The position numbers were made by a program, and so were the translations under genes. DNA of 64,000 nucleotides from Bacteroidales bacterium UBA6401 (GTDB taxonomy: Bacteria; Bacteroidota; Bacteroidia; Bacteroidales; UBA932): positions 47,192 through 111,191 of the forward strand of contig DJPX01000042.1 in the NCBI GenBank assembly GCA_002438635.1, read 5' to 3'. A model generated the notes under the pieces. The model was not told the DNA's origin and searched no databases. It saw only the letters and a list, made by a program, of their open reading frames with translations. Of the stretch, positions 1-10,941 are shown piece by piece. The stretch's first letter is position 1, and the number at the start of each line of letters is the position of its first letter.

Positions 1-1
1 C

Positions 2-1612
2 TATGACCAAGCGATGGCCATTACCATAGTACTTCTTACTTCATATATTATAACCATCACTATAATACCTGTTTATTACTACTGGTGGTTTAAAAGAAAA
101 CCTGTAATAGCAAGAAAAGAAAGTAACAGAGATGAAAAGCTCACCCTATGGTTTATGAATCATTCACACTTTGCTTGGTCAATCATAACACTTTCTATAT
201 TAGGCATCTTTATATGTTTTAATAATATGGAGAAAGAGAAATTGCCTGCATTAACCAATACCAGCACCTTACTATACATTAATTGGAATGAGCAAATAGG
301 CCTGAAAGAAAACATGGAAAGAGTGAAAATGCTCGAAGAATATATAAAACCCCAAGCGAGCAAATTCACATCGAGCATTGGAACACAGGATTTTATTCTC
401 AAGCATGCACACAGATTGAGTCCGAATGAATGCGAATTATATATCGAGTGCAGATCATCGAAAGAATTGGCCAAAATACAAAAACACATATCCGATTATC
501 TACTAGGGCTGTTTCCTTTATGTGTAAAGGAATTTCGTCCGGCAAACAATATTCTAGAAGCCACACTTTCTAATGACCAAGCAAAACTCGTGGCAAAGGT
601 GAGCATTTATGATAATAACAAAATAGATAATATAAGAGACAATATTGACACGATAAAAACGGCCTTACCATTTGCCGAAATATCTGAAATTCCAAGTAAA
701 CAAGATATGCTGCTTACAGCTAAAGCTGACCTTCTCGCGCTTTATGGTATAAGTTATGCTGAATTGGCTTCTTGTCTAAAGAATGCATTCGGAGAAAATG
801 TTTTGTTCTCATTCACACAAGCTGACCAGACTATTCCTATAGTTATCGGGAGCAATGCATGCTCTTTTGATGAAATATTAAATAATACGATTATACACAA
901 AGGTGGTATAGATATTCCAATATCATATCTACTCGATATAAGTGGTAGAGAAGACTTCAAAACCATCTATAGTGATGCATCTAGGGAGTATTATCCCATA
1001 AACCTTGATATTCCGAGTAAATTGGTTCCTCAAGCCATTAAAACTATAGATAAGGCCGTAGGACCTTCTAATGTTAGATATTCAGGTTCATTTTTTACAG
1101 ACTCAAAGATGGTTAAAGATCTGATTCTAATTCTAATAGTTGCTATCATCTTGCTCTACTTGATATTAGCTTGCCAATTCGAATCCTTTCTTCAACCGCT
1201 TCTTATCCTATGTGAAGTCGGCGTAGATATTTTATTTTCGCTTATAGTCCTTTGGATCAGTGGCATAAGCATAAATCTTATGTCTATGATAGGTCTTGTG
1301 GTAGTGTGTGGTATTGTCATTAATGATTCCATTCTTAAAGTCGATAGTATAAACAAATTACGCAGAAACGGATTCACAACGAAAGATGCCGTTCTATTAG
1401 CAAGCAAGAAAAGGAAAAAAGCGATAATAATGACTTCTCTAACAACTATTTTCGCCATACTTCCTTTTATGGAAAGAGGTAATATGGGGGCTGATCTTCA
1501 ATACCCTCTTATGTTAGTTATAGTCGCAGGCTTAACTGTAGGTACATTTGTAAGTCTATATATTTTACCAGCGTTATACTACTCTATTTATGGGAAAAAC
1601 AAAAGGCAGTAA
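2..1612 (+). CDS. AcrB/AcrD/AcrF-family RND efflux permease, C-terminal part (5' truncated by window edge)
   Basis: Frame is open from position 2 (YDQAMA...). RND C-terminal motifs QFESFLQPLLIL, GIVINDSIL, IIMTSLTTIFAILP; several TM helices. Confidence 0.9.
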   Translation, partial: YDQAMAITIVLLTSYIITITIIPVYYYWWFKRKPVIARKESNRDEKLTLWFMNHSHFAWSIITLSILGIFICFNNMEKEKLPALTNTSTLLYINWNEQIGLKENMERVKMLEEYIKPQASKFTSSIGTQDFILKHAHRLSPNECELYIECRSSKELAKIQKHISDYLLGLFPLCVKEFRPANNILEATLSNDQAKLVAKVSIYDNNKIDNIRDNIDTIKTALPFAEISEIPSKQDMLLTAKADLLALYGISYAELASCLKNAFGENVLFSFTQADQTIPIVIGSNACSFDEILNNTIIHKGGIDIPISYLLDISGREDFKTIYSDASREYYPINLDIPSKLVPQAIKTIDKAVGPSNVRYSGSFFTDSKMVKDLILILIVAIILLYLILACQFESFLQPLLILCEVGVDILFSLIVLWISGISINLMSMIGLVVVCGIVINDSILKVDSINKLRRNGFTTKDAVLLASKKRKKAIIMTSLTTIFAILPFMERGNMGADLQYPLMLVIVAGLTVGTFVSLYILPALYYSIYGKNKRQ

Positions 1613-4550
1613 AATATCTTCGTTTTCAGTTTTATTGATAATGGTGGCTTTGTCTTTTATAGGCATAGTATCCCTGCCTTTACTCAATTTGAGTTATACC
1701 CCAAGTCGAAAAGTTCACACTCTAACCGTATACTACTCGTACCCGGGAGCATCTCCTAAAACCGCCGAGAACGAGGTCACTTCTAAAATCGAAGGAATCC
1801 TAGCTTCGCTCGAAGGATGCGAAGCCACATCATCCGTTTCATATAAGGGTGGAGGCAGCGCATCAGTAAATATTTCCAATAAAATAGACATAGCCAAAAG
1901 CCGTCTTGAATTATCTTCAGCTTTAAGAAATCTATGGAACACTTTACCTGAAGGCGTCTTATTTCCGGAGATTTCCCTTAACACAAGAGGTAAAAGCAAT
2001 GAAACAGCCATTTCATATACCATAAAAAGTGCACTTTCTTCAATGGAAATAGAAGAATATGCTTCAAAGAATATACTTCCATACATTTCCTCAATTAAAG
2101 GAGTCGAAACAGCCACTCTTACAGGTGCAACACCTTATATATACGAAGTACGTTACGATACTCCCCTATGCCGTTCATTTAACATTTCATCGTCAGAAAT
2201 AGTCTCCGCAATTAGAAATAATTACGATATATCATATTTAGGATACATCAATGACAACTCTCACCTTGTATCTGTTGCTCTAAATTGTATAACTGATAAT
2301 ATTGAAAATATGCCCATAAAAAAGGTAGGAGAGAAAATCATACATCTTGGTGAAATAGCACAATGCAGATACAAAGAGGCCGAAGTATCTTCATACTATA
2401 GGGTTAATGGACTCAATACCATTAATCTAATAATTAGCCTTACTGATGACACTAATTTAATCACCACTACCAATGCCATAAAGAAAGAGATGCTTAGGCT
2501 TTCGGAAAACATGCCAGACGAACTAACATTTAACATCTCTTATGACTCATCCGATTATATTAAAGCCGAACTAAAAAAAATCTTCTTTCGCATCGGGTTG
2601 TGCGTCTTGATCCTCCTTCTTTTTGTCTACCTCGCATACAGGTCCATAAAATATTTATTGATAATCATTTTTACATTATTCACAAATATATTGAGTTCAC
2701 TTTCAGTCTATGCATTTTTAGGCATTGACATAAATATATATACACTTGCAGGTATAACTGTAGCCCTAGGTATAGTTATAGACTCTTCTATTGTCATGAT
2801 AGATCATTATCGCAGGTACCATGACAGGAAAGTGTTCTTTAGTCTATTGGCTGCTATTTTAACCGATGTAATAGCACTCCTGCTAGTCTTCATTCTGCCA
2901 GAAAGTGAAACTATCAATCTTTCAGATTTTATATGGGCCATAGTGCTTAATCTTGGCATTTCGCTATGCGTAGCAGTGCTATTCATCCCTGCTCTTATGG
3001 AATATCTGCCACTCTCCGACACAAAATCAGAGGGAAATAATCACTTTTATTCTAAGGTATACCATAAATACATCTGTTGGGCGGCAAGACATAAATGGGT
3101 ATTCATAGTAGTTATTTTGTGTACAACAGCATTGTCTTTTATCCCATTCTATAGGAACATAGATAAAATGAGTTTTTACAGGCAGCCCGAGAATAAAGTT
3201 CTACACATAAAAGCCTCAATGGGAGAAGAGTGTAGCATACTACAACTCAACGAAGTTATCAAGTCTATGGAGAATTATCTATCGGGCTTCGAGCAGATTA
3301 AATCATACATTACCCATATAGACTCAAAACCATCCGCAACAATAGATATTACATTTTTTCCGGAATGGGAAAACACCTCTTTTCCAGCAGAATTACAGTC
3401 TATGGTCACATCCATGGCTATGGATTTCGGAGGGGCCAATTGGCAAGTATATGGCATAACAGAAAACTCATTCAATAACAACATCTCCACATATAACAAA
3501 TCCCAGCGCATTACACTATCCGGATATAACTATGATAAGCTATTGAATTATGCGTCTAAACTTATCAATTATCTTTCTAATAACAATAGAGTAAGCGAGC
3601 CTGAGATTTGGAGCGCCAGTTGGAGTGGTGCTCCAAAAACAGAACTAATATGGAAATATAACATGGAAAATATGGCACTCTATGGACTAACGCCCGCTGT
3701 ATTTCACGCCGACCTAACTGAAGCTTTATATAAAAGAAATATTGGCAACCTTCCCATTTCTGGGCAAATGGCAGAAACTATCTTAGTGTCATCGGATTAT
3801 GACGAGTATGATCTTTGGACCCTGTCTCAGAAACTTTCGTCATTTGGCAAAGTAGAAAAGAGTAAAAGTAATCTTAACATTTATAAATATGACCAATCAT
3901 ATATAGTTAATGTATGCTATGATTTTATAGGCACCTATGAACTTGCTCAAAAAGTGGCAGAATCGGCAACCAAATATATGAATACTCAGGTTCTTCCTTT
4001 AGGGTATGAAGCAAAAACACCTGAATATTATAGGTTTGATCAAAACAAAAAGCACTATTGGTGGCTAATAGGCATAATAATAGTCTCGTTATTTGTCATG
4101 CTATGTGCAGCCTTTGAATCCATACGACTACCATTTGCCGTCATTCTTACTATTCCAGTTTCCTTCATAGGTCCTTTTTTAATTTTCGCCTTTTCCAATT
4201 TCACTTTCGACCAAGGAGGATTCGCTGCCCTAATTATGCTATGCGCACTAACAATTAATGCTGGTATATACCTAATCTGTACATACTTAGGGCATAATGG
4301 CGGATGCGCCACCTCGCGATATATTACGGCATTTGATTTTAAAATCAAAGCTATAATCCTTACTGTAATTTCTACAGTTCTAGGACTTATTCCTTTTCTA
4401 ACAGATGGGCCAGAGGAAGTGTTCTGGTTCGATTTTGCGCTAGGGACCATAAGCGGTATGCTACTTTCATTAATCGCAGTCATTTTCGTTCTCCCTGCAT
4501 TTGTTATAAAAAGAAATGAGGTCCAGCAAAACGCCAGACCTCAGGAATGA
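1590..4550 (+). CDS. AcrB/AcrD/AcrF-family RND efflux permease
   Basis: 986 aa; YPGASP..ENEVTSKIE, GIVIDSSIV (TM4), AFESIRLP, TVLGLIPF; two-repeat RND topology; overlaps upstream RND gene. Confidence 0.9.
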   Translation: MGKTKGSKISSFSVLLIMVALSFIGIVSLPLLNLSYTPSRKVHTLTVYYSYPGASPKTAENEVTSKIEGILASLEGCEATSSVSYKGGGSASVNISNKIDIAKSRLELSSALRNLWNTLPEGVLFPEISLNTRGKSNETAISYTIKSALSSMEIEEYASKNILPYISSIKGVETATLTGATPYIYEVRYDTPLCRSFNISSSEIVSAIRNNYDISYLGYINDNSHLVSVALNCITDNIENMPIKKVGEKIIHLGEIAQCRYKEAEVSSYYRVNGLNTINLIISLTDDTNLITTTNAIKKEMLRLSENMPDELTFNISYDSSDYIKAELKKIFFRIGLCVLILLLFVYLAYRSIKYLLIIIFTLFTNILSSLSVYAFLGIDINIYTLAGITVALGIVIDSSIVMIDHYRRYHDRKVFFSLLAAILTDVIALLLVFILPESETINLSDFIWAIVLNLGISLCVAVLFIPALMEYLPLSDTKSEGNNHFYSKVYHKYICWAARHKWVFIVVILCTTALSFIPFYRNIDKMSFYRQPENKVLHIKASMGEECSILQLNEVIKSMENYLSGFEQIKSYITHIDSKPSATIDITFFPEWENTSFPAELQSMVTSMAMDFGGANWQVYGITENSFNNNISTYNKSQRITLSGYNYDKLLNYASKLINYLSNNNRVSEPEIWSASWSGAPKTELIWKYNMENMALYGLTPAVFHADLTEALYKRNIGNLPISGQMAETILVSSDYDEYDLWTLSQKLSSFGKVEKSKSNLNIYKYDQSYIVNVCYDFIGTYELAQKVAESATKYMNTQVLPLGYEAKTPEYYRFDQNKKHYWWLIGIIIVSLFVMLCAAFESIRLPFAVILTIPVSFIGPFLIFAFSNFTFDQGGFAALIMLCALTINAGIYLICTYLGHNGGCATSRYITAFDFKIKAIILTVISTVLGLIPFLTDGPEEVFWFDFALGTISGMLLSLIAVIFVLPAFVIKRNEVQQNARPQE

Positions 4551-4560
4551 TAAACACAAC

Positions 4561-6864
4561 TCACATTATTAGAAGCTCGAAACTTGCGCTGTTTTTCGTA
4601 GTGGAATCTCCACCTATGAAGACTCTGAATTCTCCACTTTCTGCTCCATATTCCATTTGCTGATTCCAAAATTTCAATGCATCAGTCGAAATTTCAAAAG
4701 ACACCACTCTACTTTCGCCCGGAGCAAGGCTAACCTTTTCAAAGCCCTTCAACTCTTTGAGTGGACGAGACACACTCGCCTTAACATCTTGTATATACAT
4801 CTGAACCACCTCTTTACCCATAACCTTTCCAGTGTTTTTCACCTCTACAGATGCTTTTATGTTACCGGTACCTGACATCGAATCACTTGACAACTGAACA
4901 GGTCCATACTCAAAAGTAGTATAACTGAGTCCATAACCAAAAGGATAAACAGGATCATTATCCACGTCTAGATAATTTGAGCGAAATTTTATAAACCACT
5001 TACCCTTGCCATCAGGTCCTTCAAGAGGGCGACCTGTATTTTTATGAGCGTAATAAAGAGGGATTTGCCCCACATTTTTAGGGAATGTCATGGCCAATTT
5101 TCCTGATGGATTCACATCTCCGAACAGCACATCCGCTATAGAATAGCCTGCTTCACTGCCACCAAACCACACATTCAAGATAGCAGGGACATTTTCCGAC
5201 TCCCATTCTATGGTAAGCGGTCGCCCATCAAAAAGCACGAGGACAAGTGGTTTACCTAACTTTAACAACTCCTTCAAGAGGGTCTTCTGCACATCTGGAA
5301 TGCTTATATCACTCCTAGAAGAACTCTCGCCTGACATCTCAGAAGACTCTCCAAGAGCGGCAACTACCACATCGCTCCTTTTTGCTACCTTAATAGCTTC
5401 TTTTAGTAAATCATCATCGCTTCTATTATCTCTTCCCAATTCTCTACCAAACATGGTGGAACGCATCTCCAGAGCATAATCAGAACAGAGATTACTTCCT
5501 TTTGCATAAAGGACTTTAACATTAGGACCAGCGACAGCTTTAAGTCCGTCCAGCAAAGTAACACACTCGCTATGACGCGCTGCCACGCTCCATGTCCCAG
5601 CCATATTCTCTGCTGTGGCCGCCAATGGTCCCACAACTGCTACAGTTCCATTTCTTTTTAATGGAAGCACACCCTCGTTTTTCAATAGCACATACGAATC
5701 GGCTGATATTCTACGAGCCGCGGCGCGAAATTCCGCGCAACGAAGTAAACTATCAGCCTGCTTTTCGCGGCAGAATTTATAAGGGTCTTTGAATAAGCCA
5801 AGTTTATACTTAGCTTCAAGAACACGACGGCATGAGCGATCAATATCTTTTATGCTTACTTCGCCTTTGTCAAGCGCTAATTTGAGTTGTGAAGAAAAGC
5901 TTTCAGAAACCATATCCATATCCACCCCGGCCTTTAATGCCTTGACAGCCACCTCGTGGAAATCTCCCACACCATGAGCCATGCATTCGTAAATTCCAGT
6001 ATAGTCTGTAACCACAAATCCGTTCCACCCCCACTGGTCACGCAGCACATCGGTTAATAACCACTTATTTACTGTGGCAGGGACATCATCCACAACATTA
6101 AATGAAGCCATAAAACTACCAGCACCGGCATCGGCTGCAGCCTTGTACCCTGTCATATACTCATTGAACATACGCTGATGTGACATATCTACTGTATTAT
6201 AATCTCGACCAGCCTCTGCTCCGCCATAAAGGGCAAAGTGCTTAACACACGCCATTATCTGATTATCTTTTGAGTACTGTTGACCCGGGCGACCCTGATA
6301 ACCATATACCATGGCCCTTGCTATACATTCATTTAGATATGGATCCTCTCCATTGCCCTCACTTACACGTCCCCATCTGGGATCTCTACTTAGATCAACC
6401 ATAGGACTGAAGGTCCACGAAATTCCATCCGAAGATGCTTCGCTGGCAGCAATTCTCGCTGACTCTTCTACAGCATTCATATCGAAAGAGCAGGCCAATC
6501 CCAGCGGTATCGGAAAAACCGTTTCATAACCATGAATCACATCCATACCGAAGATAAGTGGAATGCCAAGCCTTGATTTTTCCACTGCAATTTGCTGATA
6601 TTTACGGATTTCAGCGGCACCTTTTACATTGAATAGACCACCTATCTGACCACCGGCAATTCGCTGATCAACATTAACACTCTTCCCTTCTCCAGTTACA
6701 ATGGTGCCGGCAACAGGGAGATTTAACTGGCCAATCTTCTCTTCCACAGTCATCTGCTTCATCAATGAATCTATAAAGGCAGACATCTCCTTATTAGGTT
6801 CATTTTCCGAAACACAGGCAATCATCGATGTAGCAATAATTAGAACGCCAAGTATTTTTTTCAT
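4561..6864 (-). CDS. bglX: GH3 beta-glucosidase (BglX-like), probable lipoprotein
   Basis: SRLGIPLIFGMDVIHG, RDPRWGR, ACVKHFA, VVTDY nucleophile motif, PFGYGLSYT, FnIII-like C-terminus; lipobox-like MIAC. Confidence 0.9.
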   Translation of the reverse strand: MKKILGVLIIATSMIACVSENEPNKEMSAFIDSLMKQMTVEEKIGQLNLPVAGTIVTGEGKSVNVDQRIAGGQIGGLFNVKGAAEIRKYQQIAVEKSRLGIPLIFGMDVIHGYETVFPIPLGLACSFDMNAVEESARIAASEASSDGISWTFSPMVDLSRDPRWGRVSEGNGEDPYLNECIARAMVYGYQGRPGQQYSKDNQIMACVKHFALYGGAEAGRDYNTVDMSHQRMFNEYMTGYKAAADAGAGSFMASFNVVDDVPATVNKWLLTDVLRDQWGWNGFVVTDYTGIYECMAHGVGDFHEVAVKALKAGVDMDMVSESFSSQLKLALDKGEVSIKDIDRSCRRVLEAKYKLGLFKDPYKFCREKQADSLLRCAEFRAAARRISADSYVLLKNEGVLPLKRNGTVAVVGPLAATAENMAGTWSVAARHSECVTLLDGLKAVAGPNVKVLYAKGSNLCSDYALEMRSTMFGRELGRDNRSDDDLLKEAIKVAKRSDVVVAALGESSEMSGESSSRSDISIPDVQKTLLKELLKLGKPLVLVLFDGRPLTIEWESENVPAILNVWFGGSEAGYSIADVLFGDVNPSGKLAMTFPKNVGQIPLYYAHKNTGRPLEGPDGKGKWFIKFRSNYLDVDNDPVYPFGYGLSYTTFEYGPVQLSSDSMSGTGNIKASVEVKNTGKVMGKEVVQMYIQDVKASVSRPLKELKGFEKVSLAPGESRVVSFEISTDALKFWNQQMEYGAESGEFRVFIGGDSTTKNSASFELLIM

Positions 6865-6876
6865 ATTTTGTATTAA

Positions 6877-8469
6877 TTATTTATAAGTGAATCCAAGTTT
6901 TTCAAGACCGCGCTGCACATCTTCGTTTCGCATAAAGCAATTCCAAAGTAGTCCGGTCTTATAGTTTTCCATCATAATAACGATTGGCCCTTGATCTATG
7001 GCAATGTAAGATGAAGCGAACCATTGCTGCTTAAGAGCAAAGGCGTCTTTAAAGCCATACTCTCCCCACAGTCTATCTCCTAGTACATAATAAAAGTATT
7101 CCATAGCATCACGGGAATGTTCAGGGACATAAGGGAAATCAGCAAGAGCTGCAGTAGGCGCGACTGTTCCGGTGTCATTAGAAGGCGATGAAGCGGTATA
7201 TCCTTTATAATAATCCGATGCTGTTAGGCCCCAACATGATGAACTATATCCGTTATCACCCTTAGACGAAGCACAATAGTTATAATTGGCCAAAGCATGC
7301 GTTGTATTAATATCCCAATAGTCCCCGTATTTGTCTTCCAGTTTGCGAGGATCCAGCCCTAAAAAAGAATAATGCGCAAAGAACATAGGAGATTTAGGGT
7401 TAAATGTAATCTTCCCGCCATTTGCCCATCCATCATCGTAAACATCTTTTTCAATAGAATAAGTCGGTGAAGCGGCTGCTAAAATATAAGTAATTAGACC
7501 TTCATTCCAGCCGGAAATAGGCATATTCATCTTCCATCCATAATTTTCGGACCAATGCCAGAAGAGTTTTTTCTGTCCTCCGTTTTGAAACCATGTCCAC
7601 TCGACTTCCTCCCAAAGTCGCTGGATTCTGCTTCGTATTTCGCTCTCAATGGCATCTTCCTTTGAGAAATATTCTTTTACAGCCAGTAGTCCTTCTATCA
7701 TAAACGCGGTTTCCACTAAATCGGCACCATCGTCATAGGTGCTAAATGCTTTTACCGCACCACTTTGTCCATCGAGCCAATGGGGCCAAGCACCATGAAA
7801 GCGCTGTGCTTTTTCGCCCAAGAAAGTAACTATTTTTAGAATCTGCTGAGCCCCCTGTTCTCTTGTTATCCACCCATGTTCTATGCCAATGGGAATACAC
7901 ATCACCCCAAATCCGGATCCTCCAATAGTAACTGTGTTCTCGGAACCTAATCTTTCCCTTGCAAGTCCGCTTACCGGGTGTGCATAATCCCAGAAATATG
8001 AAAAAGTGGTTTTCTGCACTTTTTCGAAAAGCTCTTCTTCAGAGATTCTTTCGAATTTGTCAGATGGATCATATTCTGTTACAAAAGAGAAGCTATAGTC
8101 TTCAGTAAATTGAACTCCCAGGTTCTCTCCCTTATATAATCTAAAAGTAATCTTCTTAAAGTAAGGCAAAGTGGTATTGGATTTAATATGAAGCTCTTCC
8201 CCATTTACATATAGGTCAAAATCCGATAAGGACGCTCCGCTACAAGTTAGCCGATTAGAGTTAAAACTGGTAAAGTCAAGATTTTTTGTGAATGTAAGCA
8301 CATATTCCACATCACCTGAAACGCCTGTCGGAACTTTTGTAAGTGGTATAACCTTACCATTAAAACTAATTGATACTAACTGCACCTTTTCTATCTTCAC
8401 TTCCTCCTTTAAGGAAGAACATGAAAATAGCGAAAGCAACGAAAGAAATAATCCAAATATTTTCTTCAT
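6877..8469 (-). CDS. GH144 (glucoamylase-like) beta-1,2-glucanase with N-terminal Ig-like domain, lipoprotein
   Basis: YFWDYAHPVSGLARER, IGGSGFG, RFHGAWPHW, DDGADLVETAF, GWNE, FFAHYSFLG, YIAIDQGPI; lipobox LFSC. ATG at 8469 preferred over TTG at 8475. Confidence 0.88.
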   Translation of the reverse strand: MKKIFGLFLSLLSLFSCSSLKEEVKIEKVQLVSISFNGKVIPLTKVPTGVSGDVEYVLTFTKNLDFTSFNSNRLTCSGASLSDFDLYVNGEELHIKSNTTLPYFKKITFRLYKGENLGVQFTEDYSFSFVTEYDPSDKFERISEEELFEKVQKTTFSYFWDYAHPVSGLARERLGSENTVTIGGSGFGVMCIPIGIEHGWITREQGAQQILKIVTFLGEKAQRFHGAWPHWLDGQSGAVKAFSTYDDGADLVETAFMIEGLLAVKEYFSKEDAIESEIRSRIQRLWEEVEWTWFQNGGQKKLFWHWSENYGWKMNMPISGWNEGLITYILAAASPTYSIEKDVYDDGWANGGKITFNPKSPMFFAHYSFLGLDPRKLEDKYGDYWDINTTHALANYNYCASSKGDNGYSSSCWGLTASDYYKGYTASSPSNDTGTVAPTAALADFPYVPEHSRDAMEYFYYVLGDRLWGEYGFKDAFALKQQWFASSYIAIDQGPIVIMMENYKTGLLWNCFMRNEDVQRGLEKLGFTYK

Positions 8470-8484
8470 TAACAAAATTTAACC

Positions 8485-8523
8485 AATTTAATGGCAAGCC
8501 CTATGAGGGCCTGCCATTAAATT
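8485..8523 (-). terminator. Intergenic stem-loop inside the PUL (terminator or mRNA-stabilising hairpin)
   Basis: AATTTAATGGCA(8485-8496)/TGCCATTAAATT(8512-8523) perfect 12-bp arms plus inner GCCC/GGGC. Confidence 0.65.
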
Positions 8524-8528
8524 ATAAA

Positions 8529-9410
8529 CTATTCGTTAATATTAGCAACTTCAGCCCTATAAAGTTCAGTAGCCTCTTCTGCTGTAAGCGCGCGGCTATA
8601 AAGACGGAACTCATCTATCTGAGCATTGTCCATCCAGCCCATCCATTCATCTGTAGCGCCATCAAGGATCTTTGGAAGCCATGCTCCGATAACGATTTGG
8701 TCTGCTCCGATAAATGAAAGATCTCCTGCAAGGTTTTCTCCCATTTTGCACTCAACTACATTTTCTGGAGTAACATCAGCACCATTTACATAAACATGGA
8801 ACTCTGAAGTCTCGTTGTTATATGTATAGATAAGATGATTCCAGCGCCCTGCAGGAAAGCACTTACCGTAGTCCCCATTCCATTGTTTCCAGATAGAGCC
8901 ATCATCGCCATGACGGAAGCAGGTCTTAAATGTCAAATTACCTTCTGCTCCTTCTGCAGTGCGATCTACAGCAAGTGAAATATTTCCCCAGAAGTGATCT
9001 GGTTTTTCACTGTCAAGATTGGCAAGTTGGAAATACAAAGGAACTGGAACCTGTGACTGAAGAATCTCTGGTTGATTAACCCATGCAGAATATGTAAAGC
9101 CCTTCATGCTTCTTATAGGGCTATCCTGAGGCACAGTATAGATAAGATACTGCTTCTCTCCTCCTTGAAAGCATTTTCCAGTACGTCCGTTAACGAAATT
9201 ATCTTCAGTAGTTTCCCCTTTATCTGCAACTACCAGCTCCGTAGTACCGGCAGCTTCGCTTTCAAAAGGAAGATAAGCTACAAGAGCGTCTTTTGCTACG
9301 GTAACTTCTGGCTTTCCGTTAGGAGTGTTAGGTCCATCATTTTTCTCTTTGTTACAAGAGATGGCGCAAAGTGCAAGCGCAGCAGCGCCAAATACATAGA
9401 TTTTTTTCAT
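8529..9410 (-). CDS. LamG/concanavalin A-like domain lipoprotein (probable surface glycan-binding protein)
   Basis: Lipobox AISC; LVAYLPFE, FTYSAWVN, WNHLIYTYN, VYVNG, IDEFRLYSRALTAEE are LamG-type motifs; lies directly after susD. Confidence 0.8.
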   Translation of the reverse strand: MKKIYVFGAAALALCAISCNKEKNDGPNTPNGKPEVTVAKDALVAYLPFESEAAGTTELVVADKGETTEDNFVNGRTGKCFQGGEKQYLIYTVPQDSPIRSMKGFTYSAWVNQPEILQSQVPVPLYFQLANLDSEKPDHFWGNISLAVDRTAEGAEGNLTFKTCFRHGDDGSIWKQWNGDYGKCFPAGRWNHLIYTYNNETSEFHVYVNGADVTPENVVECKMGENLAGDLSFIGADQIVIGAWLPKILDGATDEWMGWMDNAQIDEFRLYSRALTAEEATELYRAEVANINE

Positions 9411-9441
9411 AATAGTAATTAATTAATAATGGTTTATTTTG

Positions 9442-10929
9442 TTAATAAATATATCCAGGAGAAGGAATAAGAGCCTTATTCAAAGTAACTTGTTCGGAAG
9501 GAATAGGAAAATGCGAATGAAAATTCGTCTTGGCACCCGCTATCTTCGCACCGACCACTTCTTCTACCTTACCTAAACGTATAAGATCAAATATGCGATT
9601 GTTCTCAAGTGCAAGTTCTGCCCTTCGCTCATCCCAAATATTCTGAAGCGTAGCCGAAGTATTGCTTATTCCGGCCCTACTTTGGACTTCATGAAGAGCA
9701 TCGTCTGCACTATAAGTACATTCTCCACTCGAGGCTCCATTACATAAACTTTCCGCATAAATAAGCAAAACCTCTGCGTATCGGATTAATCGAATATTAT
9801 GGTCATAGCCATAAGCGTTAGTGTTAAAAGTATTATAACTGCTTGGAGTATAGACTTTCCCATTGTAATATGGATTAGGGCATTTATCCGATATGTAATC
9901 ACCTTCGGGGGTTGTCGTCCCTCTTTCTAGGAAAGTAATTGAAAGCCTCTTAGCATCACCGCGAGCTTCAAGAAAAGCCTTCAGATTATCATTGGGCACA
10001 TTAAAACCCCACCCCTGCATATTGGAAGGACTGTTATTTCGTGGCCCTTGATAATAAGCATAAAGCAAATATGGAGCTTCTCCACTGTTTTGTCCTAGAT
10101 CGGAGCCTTCTATCTCCATTAAAGATTCAGAGCACCCCTCTCCATCTACAGAAAACAGGTATCTATAGTCGTCTTCAAGTGCGAATTTGCCAGAAGTGAT
10201 TATCTTTCCAGAAGCATCAGCAGCACTTTGCCAATCACCAAAATACATAGCGGCCTTGGCCTTAAGTGCAAGAGCAGTATATTTAGTATAGCGTGTCCCC
10301 CACACCTTCGAATATGAAGCAGGAAGAGTATCTATAGCCTCGTCAAGATCTTTTAATATGTATTCATATAATTCGTCTTTTTTAGCCTGCGGATTATTGG
10401 CTAGTTCACTAGAACTCATGCCATAACGAACTATTGGGACTTCCCCGAAAGTTCTGTATAACCATGTATAGGCAAATGCTCGTATAAGCTTCGCCTCATT
10501 AGCACACTGACGGGCATACAACTTATTTTCTTCCGTTTTCATAGCCTCAGCATACTTTCCTTCCTGATAGATAGCATTATTTGCTGCCGAGATTATATTA
10601 TAGTATCCAGTCCACAAAGAGTTGAACATATAATTACCAGGCTCGAAGGTAAAATCGTTCATGGCAGTAGCATAAGCATTATCCCCAACAGCAGACCCCG
10701 TATCGGAATCATCTGAGGAAACATCTCCCACACAGATATACGGAAACCAAATATCTGAACGCATTTGGGCGTATGCGGCACTAACTGGTTGAAAAATATT
10801 CTCGGCCTTAGTGTAATCAGTTCCTGACGATGGCATAGTGCCTTCGACTCTAATGTTCAGAAAATCATCACAAGACGCTACACATACTACCACGCCGATG
10901 ACTGCCAATAAATTTATGATCTTTTTCAT
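9442..10929 (-). CDS. susD: SusD/RagB-family nutrient-binding lipoprotein
   Basis: Lipobox VASCDDFL; EAKLIRAFAY, FGEVPIV, RYAEVLLIYAE, ERRAELALE..R.FDLIR. Confidence 0.92.
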   Translation of the reverse strand: MKKIINLLAVIGVVVCVASCDDFLNIRVEGTMPSSGTDYTKAENIFQPVSAAYAQMRSDIWFPYICVGDVSSDDSDTGSAVGDNAYATAMNDFTFEPGNYMFNSLWTGYYNIISAANNAIYQEGKYAEAMKTEENKLYARQCANEAKLIRAFAYTWLYRTFGEVPIVRYGMSSSELANNPQAKKDELYEYILKDLDEAIDTLPASYSKVWGTRYTKYTALALKAKAAMYFGDWQSAADASGKIITSGKFALEDDYRYLFSVDGEGCSESLMEIEGSDLGQNSGEAPYLLYAYYQGPRNNSPSNMQGWGFNVPNDNLKAFLEARGDAKRLSITFLERGTTTPEGDYISDKCPNPYYNGKVYTPSSYNTFNTNAYGYDHNIRLIRYAEVLLIYAESLCNGASSGECTYSADDALHEVQSRAGISNTSATLQNIWDERRAELALENNRIFDLIRLGKVEEVVGAKIAGAKTNFHSHFPIPSEQVTLNKALIPSPGYIY

Positions 10930-10941
10930 ATCTATTCTTTT

